Positions 13,083 through 24,014 of a stretch of 64,000 bases of DNA are shown one piece after another. The position numbers and the translations under genes are program-made. This DNA comes from an uncultured Candidatus Rokubacteria bacterium (GTDB taxonomy: Bacteria > Methylomirabilota > Methylomirabilia > Rokubacteriales > CSP1-6): NCBI GenBank assembly GCA_963747235.1, contig CAVVEU010000014.1:160001-224000 (forward strand), read 5' to 3'. The notes below the pieces were generated by a model. It did not search any database. It worked only from the letters and a program-made list of their open reading frames with translations, and was not told the origin of the DNA. Positions within the stretch are counted from its first letter, which is position 1. Each line of letters begins with the position of its first letter.

Positions 13083-14287
13083 CTACGCCGCCAGATGACG
13101 CGGCCGTTCACGCAGCACGAGCTTCAGATCGGCGAGCGCCTCGATGCGCTCGGCCGGGTCCGCCCGCCACCGCGATCAGATCCGCCGCGTAGCCCGGGGC
13201 CACGCGCCCGATCACCTCGCCCAGGCCCAGGCACGTCGGCCGCGGTCGACGGTGGCGGAGCGGATCGCCTCGAGCGGCGTCATGCCGTACTTCACCATCA
13301 GGGCGAGCTCGGGCAGCAGCGAGCCGTGGAAGTTGAGCGGCGTGCCCGAGTCGGCGCCCGCCGCGATCCGCACGCCCGCGCGATGCGCGAGCTGGAAGCT
13401 CGCGACGTGGGCGGGCATGACCTCCTCGGACTTGCGCACCATGAACGTCGGGAATCCCCGCCGCGAGCGCCGCCCGCCGCGATGGCGGTGGGCGCGTTCA
13501 GGGTGGGCACCAGGAAGGTCCCGTCGCGCCGCATGTGGGCCACGATCTCCTCGGTGAGGAAGATGCCGTGCTCGATCGAGGTGATCCCCGCGTCGATCGC
13601 CTCGCTGATCCCGGTCGCGGCCATGGCGTGGGCCGCGGTGCGCCGCCCCGCCTTCGGCTAGCCTCCTCGATGGCCGCGCGCATCTCCTCGAGCGTCAGCT
13701 GGGGCGAGCCGGGCTCCACCCCCGGGGTCATCACGCCGCCGGTGGCGATGATCTTGATCACGTCGGCGCCCGCCTTGAGCTGCTCGCGCACCGCCTTGCG
13801 CGCGTCGTCGGGCCCGTCGGCCTCGCGGCCGAGCCAGTGCCCGTGCCCGCCGGTCATGCACACCGGCCGGCCGGCGGCCAGGATGCGCGGCCCGTCGATG
13901 AGCCCCTCCTGGATGGCGCGGCGCGCCGCGATCTCCACGTACTCGCGGCCGCCCAGGTCCCGCACCGTGGTCACCCCGGCGCGCGCCGTCTCGCGCGCGC
14001 GCAGCAGCGCCTTGATCGCGGTCAGCGCCAGCGGCTCCTCGCGCAGCGGCCGCACCGGATCGGCCTCCGCGCCCGAAGCAGAGGTGCACGTGGCAGTTGA
14101 TGAGCCCGGGCAGGAGCGTGTAGCCCGCCAGGTCGACGCCGTTGCCGCGCGGCGCCCGCGCGTCGTCCACCACCGCGGTGATGACGCCCGCTCCTCCACC
14201 ACCGACGGCGCGGCCGCGCACGGGCTCGGCCCCCGTGCCGTCGATGATCCGCGCCCCACTCAGCACCAGCGTGTCGGAGGTGTCCAT
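13083..14287 (-). CDS. Metal-dependent amidohydrolase (Xaa-Pro dipeptidase-like); several frameshifts, 3' end approximate
   Basis: LPGLINCHVH, GVTTVRDLG, IKIIATGGV, SIEHG, IAAGADSG spread over ORF fragments. Confidence 0.82.
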
Positions 14288-14299
14288 GGGCCCTCGGGG

Positions 14300-15259
14300 T
14301 CAGACCTTGAGGCGCGGGTCGAGCGTGTCGCGCAGCCCGTCGCCGAAGAGGTTGATGCCGAGCACGGTGATGAGGATCGCGAGGCCCGGGAACGTGGCCA
14401 GCCACCACGCGGTCGAGAGATAGACGCGGCCGTCGGCGAGCATGCCGCCCCAGGTGGGCGTGGGCGGCTGCACGCCCAGCCCCAGGAAGGACAGCGCGGA
14501 CTCGATCACGATCACGCGCGCCATGTCGAGCGTGGCCACCACCAGCCAGGGCGTGAAGGTGTTCGGCAGCACGTGGGTCATCAGCACGCGCCAGTGCCGG
14601 CTGCCGAGCGCCACCGCGGCGTGCACGTACTCGCGCTCGCGGATCGAGAGCACCTCGCCCCGCACCACCCGCGCGTAGACCACCCAGGACGACACGCCGA
14701 TGACGATGATGATGTTGCGCAGGCTCGGCCCCAGCACGCCGATGACCGCGATCGCGAGCAGGATGAACGGGAAGGCGAGCTGGACGTCGGCCAGGCGCAT
14801 GAGGAAGTCGTCCAGGCGGCCGCCGAAGTAGCCGGCGACGAGCCCGATGATCATGCCGAGCACGCCCGAGATCAGCACCGCGGCCAGCCCGACCAGCAGC
14901 GCGATGCGCGAGCCGAAGATGATGCGCGACGAGGATGTCGCGGCCCGAGGTGGTCGGTGCCGAGCGCGTGCACGCGCCCCTGCGCGTCCTGCCAGCCCGG
15001 CTCCCGCAGGCGCTGGCCGATGTCCTGCTCCAGCGGATCGAACGGCGCGACGAGCGGGGCGGCAGCCGCGGCCAGCATCACCGCCAGCACCACGAGCAGG
15101 CCGAAGAGCGCGGTGCGGCGCCGCACCAGCCGCCGCAGCAGCGCCACCCACTCGCGCTCCGCCCAGGGGCGCGCGCGCGCCGGCGGCGCGACCGCGGGCG
15201 GCGGCGGCGGCGCGGAGCTGCGCGCCTTCGGCGGGCGTGGAGGGCGGCAGCGCGGCCAT
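14300..15259 (-). CDS. Peptide/nickel ABC permease DppC/OppC-like; frameshifts
   Basis: HALGTDHLG, SRIIFGSRIALLVG, EREYVHAAVALG, GINLFGDGLRDTLDPR. Confidence 0.9.
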   Translation of the reverse strand: MAALPPSTPAEGAQLRAAAAARGRAAGARAPLGGARVGGAAAAAGAAPHRALRPARGAGGDAGRGCRPARRAVRSAGAGHRPAPAGAGLAGRAGARARARHRPPRAATSSSRIIFGSRIALLVGLAAVLISGVLGMIIGLVAGYFGGRLDDFLMRLADVQLAFPFILLAIAVIGVLGPSLRNIIIVIGVSSWVVYARVVRGEVLSIREREYVHAAVALGSRHWRVLMTHVLPNTFTPWLVVATLDMARVIVIESALSFLGLGVQPPTPTWGGMLADGRVYLSTAWWLATFPGLAILITVLGINLFGDGLRDTLDPRLKV

Positions 15260-16177
15260 CAGCGGTACCGGATGCGCGGATCGAGGTAGGTGTAGACCAC
15301 GTCCACCAGGAAGTTGACGATCACGAAGGTGCTGGCGAGCAGGAACACCGCCGACTGCACGACGGGATAGTCGCGGTTGAAGATCGCCTGCACCGAGAGC
15401 CGCCCCACGCCCGGCCACGCGAAGATGGTCTCGGTGATCACGGAGCCGCCGAGCAGCGTGCCGAGCTCGATGCCCACGATGGTGACGATCGGGATCGACG
15501 CGTTCTTGAGCGCGTGCTTCCACACCACCGGCGGCTCGCCGACCCCCTTGGCGCGCGCGGTGCGGATGTAGTCCTGGCCGAGCACCTCCAGCATCCCGGA
15601 GCGCGTGAGCCGCGTGATGCGCGCGGTGGTGAAGAGCCCGAGGGTGATCGCGGGCAGGATCAGGTGCTCGAGGCCGCCGCGCCCCGAGGAGGGCAGCCAG
15701 TTGAGCCGCACCGAGAAGACCAGGATCAGCATGATCCCGAGCCAGAAGGTCGGCATGGCCTGGCCGAGCAGCGCCACCACCGTCGAGACGTAGTCGACCG
15801 CGGTGTTGCGCTTGACCGCCGAGATGATGCCGGCCGGGATGGCCAGGCACAGCGCGATGAGCAGCCCCGCGCCCGCGAGCTGGAAGGTGGCGGGCAGCCG
15901 CTCGAGCACGAGGCGCCATCGCGGGCTCGCCGTGGCGCAGGGACTCGCCGAAGTCCCCGCGCACCGCGCCCTTGAGGAAGCGGAGGTACTGGACGGCCAC
16001 CGGATCGTCGAAGCCCATCGCGGTGCGGAACTTCGCGATGTCCTCGGCGGTCGCGTCGGGCGGCAGCAGGAGCGCGGCCGGGTCACCGGTCAGGTGCAGG
16101 ATCAGGAACACCACCATCGAGACCCCGAAGAGGACGAGCAGCGACTGCCAGAGGCGGCGCAGCAGGTACGACTTCAC
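15259..16177 (-). CDS. Peptide/nickel ABC permease DppB/OppB-like; frameshift near 15915
   Basis: VKSYLLRRLWQSL, DYIRTARAKG, NRDYPVVQ, YLDPRIRY. Confidence 0.9.
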
Positions 16178-17550
16178 GAGCCCGACGCGCTCCAGCCGGG
16201 CCACCGCCTCGATGTGCGGGGTGTGCGGGAACATGTCCACCGGCTGCACCCACTCGAGCCGGTAGCCGCCGCGCACCAGCTCGCCCAGGTCGCGGGCCAG
16301 CGTGGTGGGGTTGCACGAGACGTAGACGATGCGGCGCGCGCCGAGCGTGATCAGCGCGTGCAGCGCCTTGGGATGGAAGCCCGCGCGCGGCGGATCCGCC
16401 ACCACCACCTCCGCGGTCACTCCCTTCGCGATCAGGGAGGGCAGCACGAAGCGGACCTCGCCGCACACGAACGTGCAGTTGGTGATGCCGTTGGCCGCCG
16501 CGTTGCGCTCCCGCGTCGTCCACCGCGGCCTGGGCCACCTCGACGCCGTAGACCCACCGGGCGCGCCGGGCCAGGAGCAGGCTGATGGCCCCGGTGCCCG
16601 AGTAGAGATCGTAGACCGTCTCGGTTCCGGTCAGGCCCGCGGACTCGAGCACGAGCTCGAAGAGGCGCTCGGCCTGCCGGGTATTGGTCTGGAAGAACGA
16701 GCTGGCCGAGACCTGGAAGGTGAGCCCGCCCACGCCCTCGCGGATGTGGTCGCGCCCGCCCAGCAGGTGCTCCTCGACGCCGACCGCCACGCTGGCCTTC
16801 TTGGGGTTCACGTTCATGACCACGCTGGTCGTGCCCGCGTCGCGCGCCTGCAGGCGCTGGGCGAGCGGGGCCAGCTCGGAGACCGCGGGCGCGGACGTCA
16901 CCACGTTGGCCATGAGCTCGCCGGTGTGGGTGCCCTCGCGCAGCATGAGGAAGCGCAGGAGCCCCTCGCCGCTGTCCTGCTCGTAGACGGTGAGCCCGCG
17001 CTCGATGAAGAAGGCGCGCGCCTCGCCGAGCAGCGCGTTCATGCGGTCGGACTGCAGCAGGCAGCGCTCGATGTCGAGCACCGAGTCGTAGCGATCGGCC
17101 TCGTGGAGCCCCACCACCAGCGGCTCCTTCGCGCCCCGCGCCACCGTGAACTCCATCTTGTTCCGGTACCCGAAGGTCTCGGTCGCGCCGATGATGGGCC
17201 GGACCTCGATGCCCTTGAGGCCGCCGAGCCGCTCCAGCGCGTCCACCACCTGCTTGGCCTTGAAGGCGAGCTGGGCCGGATAGGCCATGTGCTGGAGGCG
17301 GCAGCCGCCGCAGCGCCCAAAGTATGGGCACGGCGCCTCGACGCGCTGCGGCGACGGCTCCTCGATGGCGTCGATGACGCCCGCGGCCGAAGCGCGAGCG
17401 CACCTGCACGAGCCGGACCCGGAGGCGATCCCCGGGCAGGCCGCCCGGGACGAAGACCACGTAGCCATCGGCCCGCCCGACGCCCTCGCCCCCGAAGGCC
17501 AGGTCGTCGATCGTCAGGGACAGAATCTCCCCGCGTTTGGGTCGCGCCAT
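16174..17550 (-). CDS. rlmD: 23S rRNA m5U methyltransferase RlmD with TRAM domain; frameshifts
   Basis: TRAM N-terminus, CPYFGRCGGCRLQH, SFFQTN, DLYSGTG, DPPRAG, YVSCNP, VDMFPHTPHIE. Confidence 0.92.
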
Positions 17551-17551
17551 G

Positions 17552-17588
17552 GTAGCGACACTATAAATGTCGCTACGATCGGAGTCAA
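17552..17588 (-). promoter_or_regulatory. rlmD promoter with a perfect 9-bp inverted repeat over the -10
   Basis: TTGACT (17588-17583), 17 nt, TATAGT (17565-17560); GTAGCGACA-N7-TGTCGCTAC at 17552-17576. Confidence 0.65.
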
Positions 17589-17648
17589 TTTGCCCCCGCC
17601 TCGTTCAAGCTGGCGAGTACATACCCGGTCAAGTATCATGGATCCACG

Positions 17649-18116
17649 ATGCGCTCGGGGCGCTTCTCCTTTCCGGTCCGTGTAGGCTCGATGCTGACCG
17701 CCGCCCTGCCCGCGCTCGAGGAGCGCCTGCTGGGCGAGCGCATCCGCCAGGGCTGGCGCGGGGCCGTCGGCGCCGAGCTGGCCCATCGCAGCCGGCCCGG
17801 CGATCTGCGGGCCGGCACGCTCACGGTAATGGTCGACAATTCCCCCTGGCTCCAGGAGCTCTCCATGCGATCCGCGGAAGTCCTCGAGGCGGTCCGCGCC
17901 CGGTTCGGACCGACCGTCACCGCGCTACGCTTAAGCCTCGCCGGGCCCGCGCCGGCTCCGGAGCGCCCGGCCTCCCGCCGCGCCGCGCCCGCGGCCCCGC
18001 TGCGGCTCGACGCCGACGAGCTGGCCCTCGTGGAAGGCGCCGCCGCGCCGGTGCGCGACGAGGCGCTCGCTTCCACCGTTCGACGCATCATGGCCAAGGG
18101 CCTCATCGCGCGCCGG
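17649..18116 (+). CDS. dciA: DciA/DUF721 domain; no stop codon, continues in frame into the TPR protein (end coordinate is the approximate domain end)
   Basis: WRGAVGAELAHRSRP...LRAGTLTVMVDNSPWLQELSM pattern typical of DUF721. Confidence 0.75.
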
Positions 18117-19884
18117 GGCGGGACCCTCATGGTGGTCCTGCTCGCGGCGGGCGCGCTCGCCGGCTGCGCCACCACGCAGACGAGCGAAGCCGAGCCCGCC
18201 GCGGCCCAAGACCATCACGATCCCGCCCGGCCGCCGGGCGGTCGGCGTCCAGGGCGAGGCCTACGACCACTACGTGATCGCGCAGATGGAGGCCCGCGCG
18301 GGCCGGATGCCGCAGGCCATCGCCCAGCTCCGCGAGGCCATCAAGTTCGATCCCAACACCGCGGTCCTCTGGATCCAGCTCTCCCAGTGGCTGATCCGGA
18401 TCAACGACACCGCGGGCGCCTTCACCGCCGCGCAGAAGGCCGTCGCGCTCGAGCCCAACAACGCGGGCGCCCACATGACGATGGCCGACCTCTACAAGCG
18501 CCAGCGCAAGCCGGCGGAGGCGGAGGCCGAGCTGGAGCGGGCGGTGGCGCTCGATCCGCAGACGCCGGACGGCTACCTGGCCCTGGCCCAGCTCCACTTC
18601 GAGGGCAAGAGCTACGACAAGGCGCGCGCGGTGCTGGGGCGGCTGGTCGCCGCGCGCCCGAATCTCTCGCAGGGCTACTACCTGCTGGGCCGCATCGGCA
18701 TCGAGAACGAGCAGTGGGACGAGGCCCTCACCAATCTCAAGCGCGCGGTGGACCTCGACCCGGATCACGACGGGGCGTGGTCCGCGCTCGGCTTCGTCTA
18801 CGAGGCCCAGAACAAGCTCGACGACGCGGTCGCGGTCTACAAGGAAGCGCTCAAGGCCAACCCGGACAACGCGGCCTTCGTGGAGCGCCTGGGCGACCTG
18901 CTCGTGAAGCTCGGACGCTACGGCGAGGCCCAGAGCGAGATCGAGTCGCTGGTGGACTCCCTGCCGCGCGATCCGCGGGTGTGGCTGAAGCTGGGCGCGA
19001 TCCACTACGAGCAGAAGCAGTACGACAAGGCGGTCGCCGCCTTCCGTCAGGCCGTCTCGCTCGAGCCCGGCAACATGCGGACGCGCTACTACCTGGCCAC
19101 CGCGCTGATGGACTCGGGCAAGGACGACGAGGCCCGGAGCGAGCTGGAGAAGATCCTCAAGGCGGATCCCCGCTCGGTGGACGCGCGCGTGCAGCTCGGC
19201 TTCCTCTACGGGCGCGCCAAGCGCTACGACGAGGCGGTGGCCACGCTGCAGGAGGCGGTGAACCTCGAGCCCAAGCGGCCCGAGCTCTTCCTCTACCTGG
19301 GCACCGCGCTCCAGCGCGCCAGCCAGTACGATCGCGCCGCGACCGTGCTGCGCGAGGGGCTCTCGGTGGACGACAAGAACAAGGATCTCCACTTCCAGCT
19401 CGGCGTGGTGCTGGAGAAGCAGCAGCGGTTCGACGACTCCATCAAGTCGTTCCGCCGCGTGCTCGTCATCGACCCCAAGCACGCCGAGTCGTACAACTAC
19501 ATCGGCTACATGTACGCGGAGAAGGGCACGAACCTCTCCGAGGCCATCCAGCTCATCCAGCAGGCGCTCGCGCTCGAGCCCGAGAACGGCTACTTCATCG
19601 ACAGCCTGGGCTGGGCCTACTACCAGCAGGGGCGGTATCCCGAGGCCCTGCGCGAGCTGAAGCGCGCGGTGAGCCTGGCCAAGGAAGACCCCGTGCTCTA
19701 CGAGCACCTGGGCGACGCCTACCTCAAGAACAACCTCGCGAACGAGGCCATCGAGGCGTGGGAGAAGTCGCTCCAGGTGGACCCGAACGCCCCGACCGCC
19801 CCGCAGGTGAGGAACAAGATCCGGGACACGCGGGAGAACCAGCTCCGGGTCAAGGGTGCGCCGCCCAAGGCCGAGCAGAAGTAG
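18090..19884 (+). CDS. Large TPR protein with hydrophobic segment and lipobox (LAGC); frameshift between about 18170 and 18270
   Basis: Many TPR repeats; YNYIGYMYAE, YFIDSLGWAYY, EHLGDAY; position upstream of lipoprotein-ispE. Confidence 0.88.
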
Positions 19885-20650
19885 CCGGCTCCGCTGGGCC
19901 GGCGGGCTCCTGCTGGCCGCCAGCCTGTCCGCCTGCGCCACCGTGGCGCCGGCGCCCGCGCCGCCGCCCATCGCCGAGGAAGCCCGCGCGGCCCTGGCCC
20001 GCATCGAGCAGCATCGCCGCTCGCTGGTCGATCTCCGGTCGCTGGCCGACATCACGGTGCGCCGCAGCGGGCGCGCGCAGCGCCTCTCCGGCGTCATGCT
20101 GCTCCTGGGGGAGCCCGCCTCGCTCCGCTTCGAGGCGCTCGCCCCCTTCGGCACGCCGGTGCTGATCGTGGCCGGCGACCCGCAGAGCCTCACGCTCTGG
20201 GAGGTTCTCGACAACCGGGCCTATCTCGCCCCCGCCTCTCCGGACGCCAACCGTCGCTGGCTCGGCCTGGCGCTGGGCGGCGAGGATCTCGTCGCGCTGC
20301 TCGGGGCCCGCGCCCGGCCGCTGCCGGACCCGACCCGCGTGGAGCTGGTCGCCCCCGACGAGACCGGCCCGTCGCTCCGGCTCACCGGGCGCGACGTCGA
20401 GCAGCGCATCTGGTTCGACCCCGCCAGCGGGCAGGCGAAGCAGATCGAGTGGACCGGCAAGAACCCGGCGCGGGTGACGTTCACCCCGACGCCGCCGGAC
20501 GCCCCACCGGCCGGGCTCAGGCTCGAGACACCGGACGGGACGCTGCGCGTCTCGGTCACCTACCGCGACCCCAGGATGAACACCGCGCTCGACCCCGCGC
20601 TGCTGAAGCTGACTGTCCCGGAACACGTTAGAATTCAAGACTTCCGTTGA
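19856..20650 (+). CDS. Lipoprotein, putative LolB-like/DUF4292-like
   Basis: Lipobox LSAC; LRFEALAPFG; sits between the TPR gene and ispE. Confidence 0.6.
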   Translation: MRRPRPSRSSRLRWAGGLLLAASLSACATVAPAPAPPPIAEEARAALARIEQHRRSLVDLRSLADITVRRSGRAQRLSGVMLLLGEPASLRFEALAPFGTPVLIVAGDPQSLTLWEVLDNRAYLAPASPDANRRWLGLALGGEDLVALLGARARPLPDPTRVELVAPDETGPSLRLTGRDVEQRIWFDPASGQAKQIEWTGKNPARVTFTPTPPDAPPAGLRLETPDGTLRVSVTYRDPRMNTALDPALLKLTVPEHVRIQDFR

Positions 20651-20708
20651 CACTATTTCGCGGCGCATGGTAGCCTACGCTGCCTTGTCGAAGCGGTCAC
20701 GGGGCAGC

Positions 20709-21581
20709 ATGGAGGTGGTGCTTCGCACCTCCGCCAAAGTGAACCTGGCCCTCGAGGTGCTGGGCAAGCGGGGCGACGGGTATCACGAGATCGCGACGGT
20801 GCTGCAGGCGGTGGACCTGTTCGATCGCCTGAAGCTGGAAGCGGCCGACACCCTTTCGCTGCACACGGACGATCCCGACTTGCCCACCGACGATGGCAAT
20901 CTGGTGATGCGCGCCGCCCGTCTGCTCCAGAAGGCGGCGGGGATCGAGGCCGGGGCCCGGATCCGGCTGATCAAGCGCATCCCGGTCGCGGCGGGGCTGG
21001 GCGGCGGATCGAGCGACGCGGCGGCGACGCTCTGGGGGCTCAATCGGCTGTGGCGGCTCCGCTGGCCCAAGGCGCGGCTGCGGAGCTGGCGGTGGAGCTG
21101 GGCATGGACGTGCCGTTCTTCCTGGGAACGGGACGCGCGGTGGCCAGGGGGCGCGGTGAGCATCTGACCGTGCTGCCCGGGGGCGGCGGCTACGCCCTGG
21201 TGCTGGTGAACCCCCGCGTGCCGCTGTCCACGCGGGAGGTGTACGGTCGGGTTCCGGTGGGCTGGCGGGCCGAGCCCACCGGCACGGAGCGGGTGATCGA
21301 GGCGTTGAGGACGCGCAACGTGACGCAAGCTGGCGGGGGCGTTGACGAACAATCTGGAGAGCGTGGTCGAGCCGGTGTTGCCGGTGATCGGCCGCATGAA
21401 GGCGGCCCTCTTGGCGGCGGGCGCGCTTGGAGCGATCATGTCGGGCAGCGGACCGACCGTGTTCGGGATGGCGCGCTCCCTGGACCACGCGCGCCAGATC
21501 CGCACCCGGGTGAGCCGGGCGGGCTGGGGCTGCTGGGCGGTCCGCACGAACTCCGGCCCCGCGATCCGGGTGACCCGATGA
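20709..21581 (+). CDS. ispE: 4-(cytidine 5'-diphospho)-2-C-methyl-D-erythritol kinase; frameshifts near 21080 and 21330
   Basis: AKVNLAL, DGYHEI, KRIPVAAGLGGGSSDAAA, MSGSGPTVFG. Confidence 0.95.
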
Positions 21582-21599
21582 AGCTGAACGGGATTTTAC

Positions 21600-21673
21600 T
21601 GGGGCGTCGTTCAGTGGTAGGACTCGGGGCTTTGGCCCCCGCAATGGAGGTTCGATTCCTCCCGCCCCAGCCA
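21600..21673 (+). tRNA. tRNA-Gln (UUG)
   Basis: Acceptor TGGGGCG/CGCCCCA, anticodon arm CGGGG-CTTTGGC-CCCCG, GGAGG-TTCGATT-CCTCC, encoded CCA; ispE-prs position. Confidence 0.95.
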
Positions 21674-21699
21674 CACAGGGGTCGAGTCGCCGCCTAGCC

Positions 21700-21749
21700 G
21701 CAGTGGCTGGCGAGGCGCAGCCGAAGGCGAGCCGAGCGGATACAAGAAG
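21700..21749 (+). repeat. Post-tRNA repeat, copy 1
   Basis: GCAGTGGCTGGCGAGGCGCAGCCGAAGGCGAGCCGAGCGGATACAAGAAG, near-identical to 30336-30386. Confidence 0.85.
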
Positions 21750-21787
21750 AAGAGCGGCAACGTCAGTCACGGGAGACGAGTCTGACC

Positions 21788-22730
21788 ATGGCGTACGATC
21801 TGAAGCTCTTCTCCGGCAACGCGAACCGGCCGCTGGCGGAGGAAATCGCCAAGACCCTCCACGTCCCCCTGGGCGACGCGGACGTCTCGCGCTTCTCCGA
21901 CGGCGAGGTGTACGTGCAGATCAACGAGAACGTCCGCGGCCAGGACATCTTCGTGATCCAGCCCACGTGCCCGCCGGTGAACGATCATCTGATGGAGCTG
22001 CTCGTGATGATCGACGCGTTCAAGCGCGCGTCCGCCCGGCGGATCACCGCCGGTGCTGCCCTACTACGGCTACGGCCGCCAGGACCGCAAGGTGCAGGGC
22101 CGGATGCCGATCACCGCCAAGCTCGTGGCCGACCTGCTCACCGCCGCCGGCACCCAGCGCCTGCTCGCGGTGGACCTCCACGCCGGGCAGATCCAGGGGT
22201 TCTTCGATATCCCGGTGGATCACCTCTTCGCCGCGCCGCCCGTGATCATCGACTACCTGGCGAAGAAGGACCTGAAGGACCCCGTCCTCGTCTCGCCCGA
22301 CGCGGGAGGCGTGGAGCGCGCGCGGGCGCTCGCCAAGCGGCTCAAGGCCGGGCTGGCCATCATCGACAAGCGGCGCGAGGGCAACAACGTGGCGGTGTTC
22401 ATGCACCTCATCGGCGACGTCAAGGACAAGGACGTGGTGATCGCCGACGACATGATCGACACCGCGGGCACCCTGATCCAGGCGGTGGACGCGCTCCGGC
22501 GCGAGGGGGCGCGGCGCATCCTCGCCTGCGCGGTGCACGGCGTGCTCTCCGGCCCCGCCATCGCCCGCATCAAGGAGTCGATCCTGGAAGAGGTCATCAT
22601 CACGAACACGGTTCCGCTGACGCCCGAGCGGCAGCTGTCCAAGATCCGCGTTCTCTCGGTCGCCCCGCTGCTCGCGGAAGCGATCCGTCGCATCCACGAC
22701 GAGGAGTCCGTCTCGACCCTCTTCGTGTAA
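21788..22730 (+). CDS. prs: Ribose-phosphate pyrophosphokinase; frameshift near 22052
   Basis: [48 protein letters not shown]. Confidence 0.97.
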
Positions 22731-22760
22731 GACCAAACTTTCACTTGAAGGAGCTGAGTC

Positions 22761-23456
22761 ATGGAAATGCGTGAGTTGACCATCCGGAAGCGCGAGGGCA
22801 TCGGCAAGGGCCCCGCCCGGCGCCTGCGCCGCGCGGGCCAGGTGCCGGCCACCCTCTACGGCGGCGCGGGCCCGGTGAACGTGGCGGTGACGCCCAAGGA
22901 CGTCCTCCGTCTCATCCACGGCCACGAGGGCAGCACCCAGCTGTTCCGGGTGACCTTCGAAGGGACCACGGACGCCAAGATGGCGATCATCCGGGACATG
23001 CAGTTCGATCCGGTCTCGGAGAACCTCATCCACGTGGACCTGCAGGAAGTGGCGATGGACCGCGCCATCCAGGTCACGGTGGCCGTGCACCACGTCGGCG
23101 AGGCCATCGGCGTCAAGGACACCCAGGGCATCCTCGAGATGGTGCTCCGCGAGGTGCGGGTCTCCTGCTTGCCCGGGAATATCCCGGATCACCTCGAAGC
23201 GGACATCACGAACATGGCCATCCACGACGTGCTGACCGTCAAGGACCTGAAGGTCCCCGAGGGCGTGCGCGTCCTCAACGACCCGAACCAGGCCGTCGTC
23301 ACGATCGCCCCGCCGGCGGCCGAGGAAGCGGTGGTGGCGGCCGCGGCGACGACGGAAGCGACGGCGGCCGAGCCCGAGGTGCTCACCGAGCGCAAGCCCA
23401 AGGAGGGGGAAGCCGCCGAGGGCGACGCGAAGGACAAGGGCGAGAAGAAGAAGTAG
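22761..23456 (+). CDS. rplY: 50S ribosomal protein bL25/Ctc (long form)
   Basis: [25 protein letters not shown], acidic/Lys tail; prs-pth context. Confidence 0.95.
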   Translation: MEMRELTIRKREGIGKGPARRLRRAGQVPATLYGGAGPVNVAVTPKDVLRLIHGHEGSTQLFRVTFEGTTDAKMAIIRDMQFDPVSENLIHVDLQEVAMDRAIQVTVAVHHVGEAIGVKDTQGILEMVLREVRVSCLPGNIPDHLEADITNMAIHDVLTVKDLKVPEGVRVLNDPNQAVVTIAPPAAEEAVVAAAATTEATAAEPEVLTERKPKEGEAAEGDAKDKGEKKK

Positions 23457-24000
23457 GTGGCCCAGGCCATCGTCGGCCTGGGGAATCCGGGCCCGGAATA
23501 TCGCAACACCCGGCACAACGTGGGCCAGCGCGTCGTCGACGCGCTGGCCCATCGCATTCATGCACGCTTCGAGCGCGACAGCGGCCACGCGGTCGCCGCC
23601 GGCCGCTGGCAGGGCGAGCCGCTCTACCTCATCAAGCCGGGCAGCTTCATGAACGTCACCGGCGCCCCGGTGGCGCGGCTCGCCCGCAAGCTCCACCTGG
23701 GCCCCGCCGACCTGGTCATCGTCTTCGACGACCTGGATCTCCCGCTCGGCAAGGTGCGCGTGCGCACCAGCGGCAGCGCGGGCGGCCACAACGGCGTGCG
23801 CTCGCTGATCGCGGCCTTCGGCACCAACGACCTCCGCCGCGTCAAGATCGGCATCGGCCGGCCCGGCCGGCCCGGGCGAGGATCGGGATCGCGTCTCCGA
23901 TCACGTGCTCTCGCCGTTCTTCCCCGAGGAGCAGGAAGCGATCGCCGCGGCCTGCGACGAGGCCGCGGACGAGGCGCTCCGCCTCGTGGAGCGCCGCTGA
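23457..24000 (+). CDS. pth: Peptidyl-tRNA hydrolase; frameshift near 23875
   Basis: IVGLGNPG, TRHNVG, DDLDLP, GGHNGVRS, KIGIGRP. Confidence 0.95.
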
Positions 24001-24014
24001 GGGCCCCGCGCGCG

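Noticed and set aside
14300-16468. ORF fusing the RlmD C-terminus to DppB and DppC
   Set aside because: An out-of-frame TGA overlaps the dppB GTG start (GTGA at 16177-16174); single indels explain the read-through.
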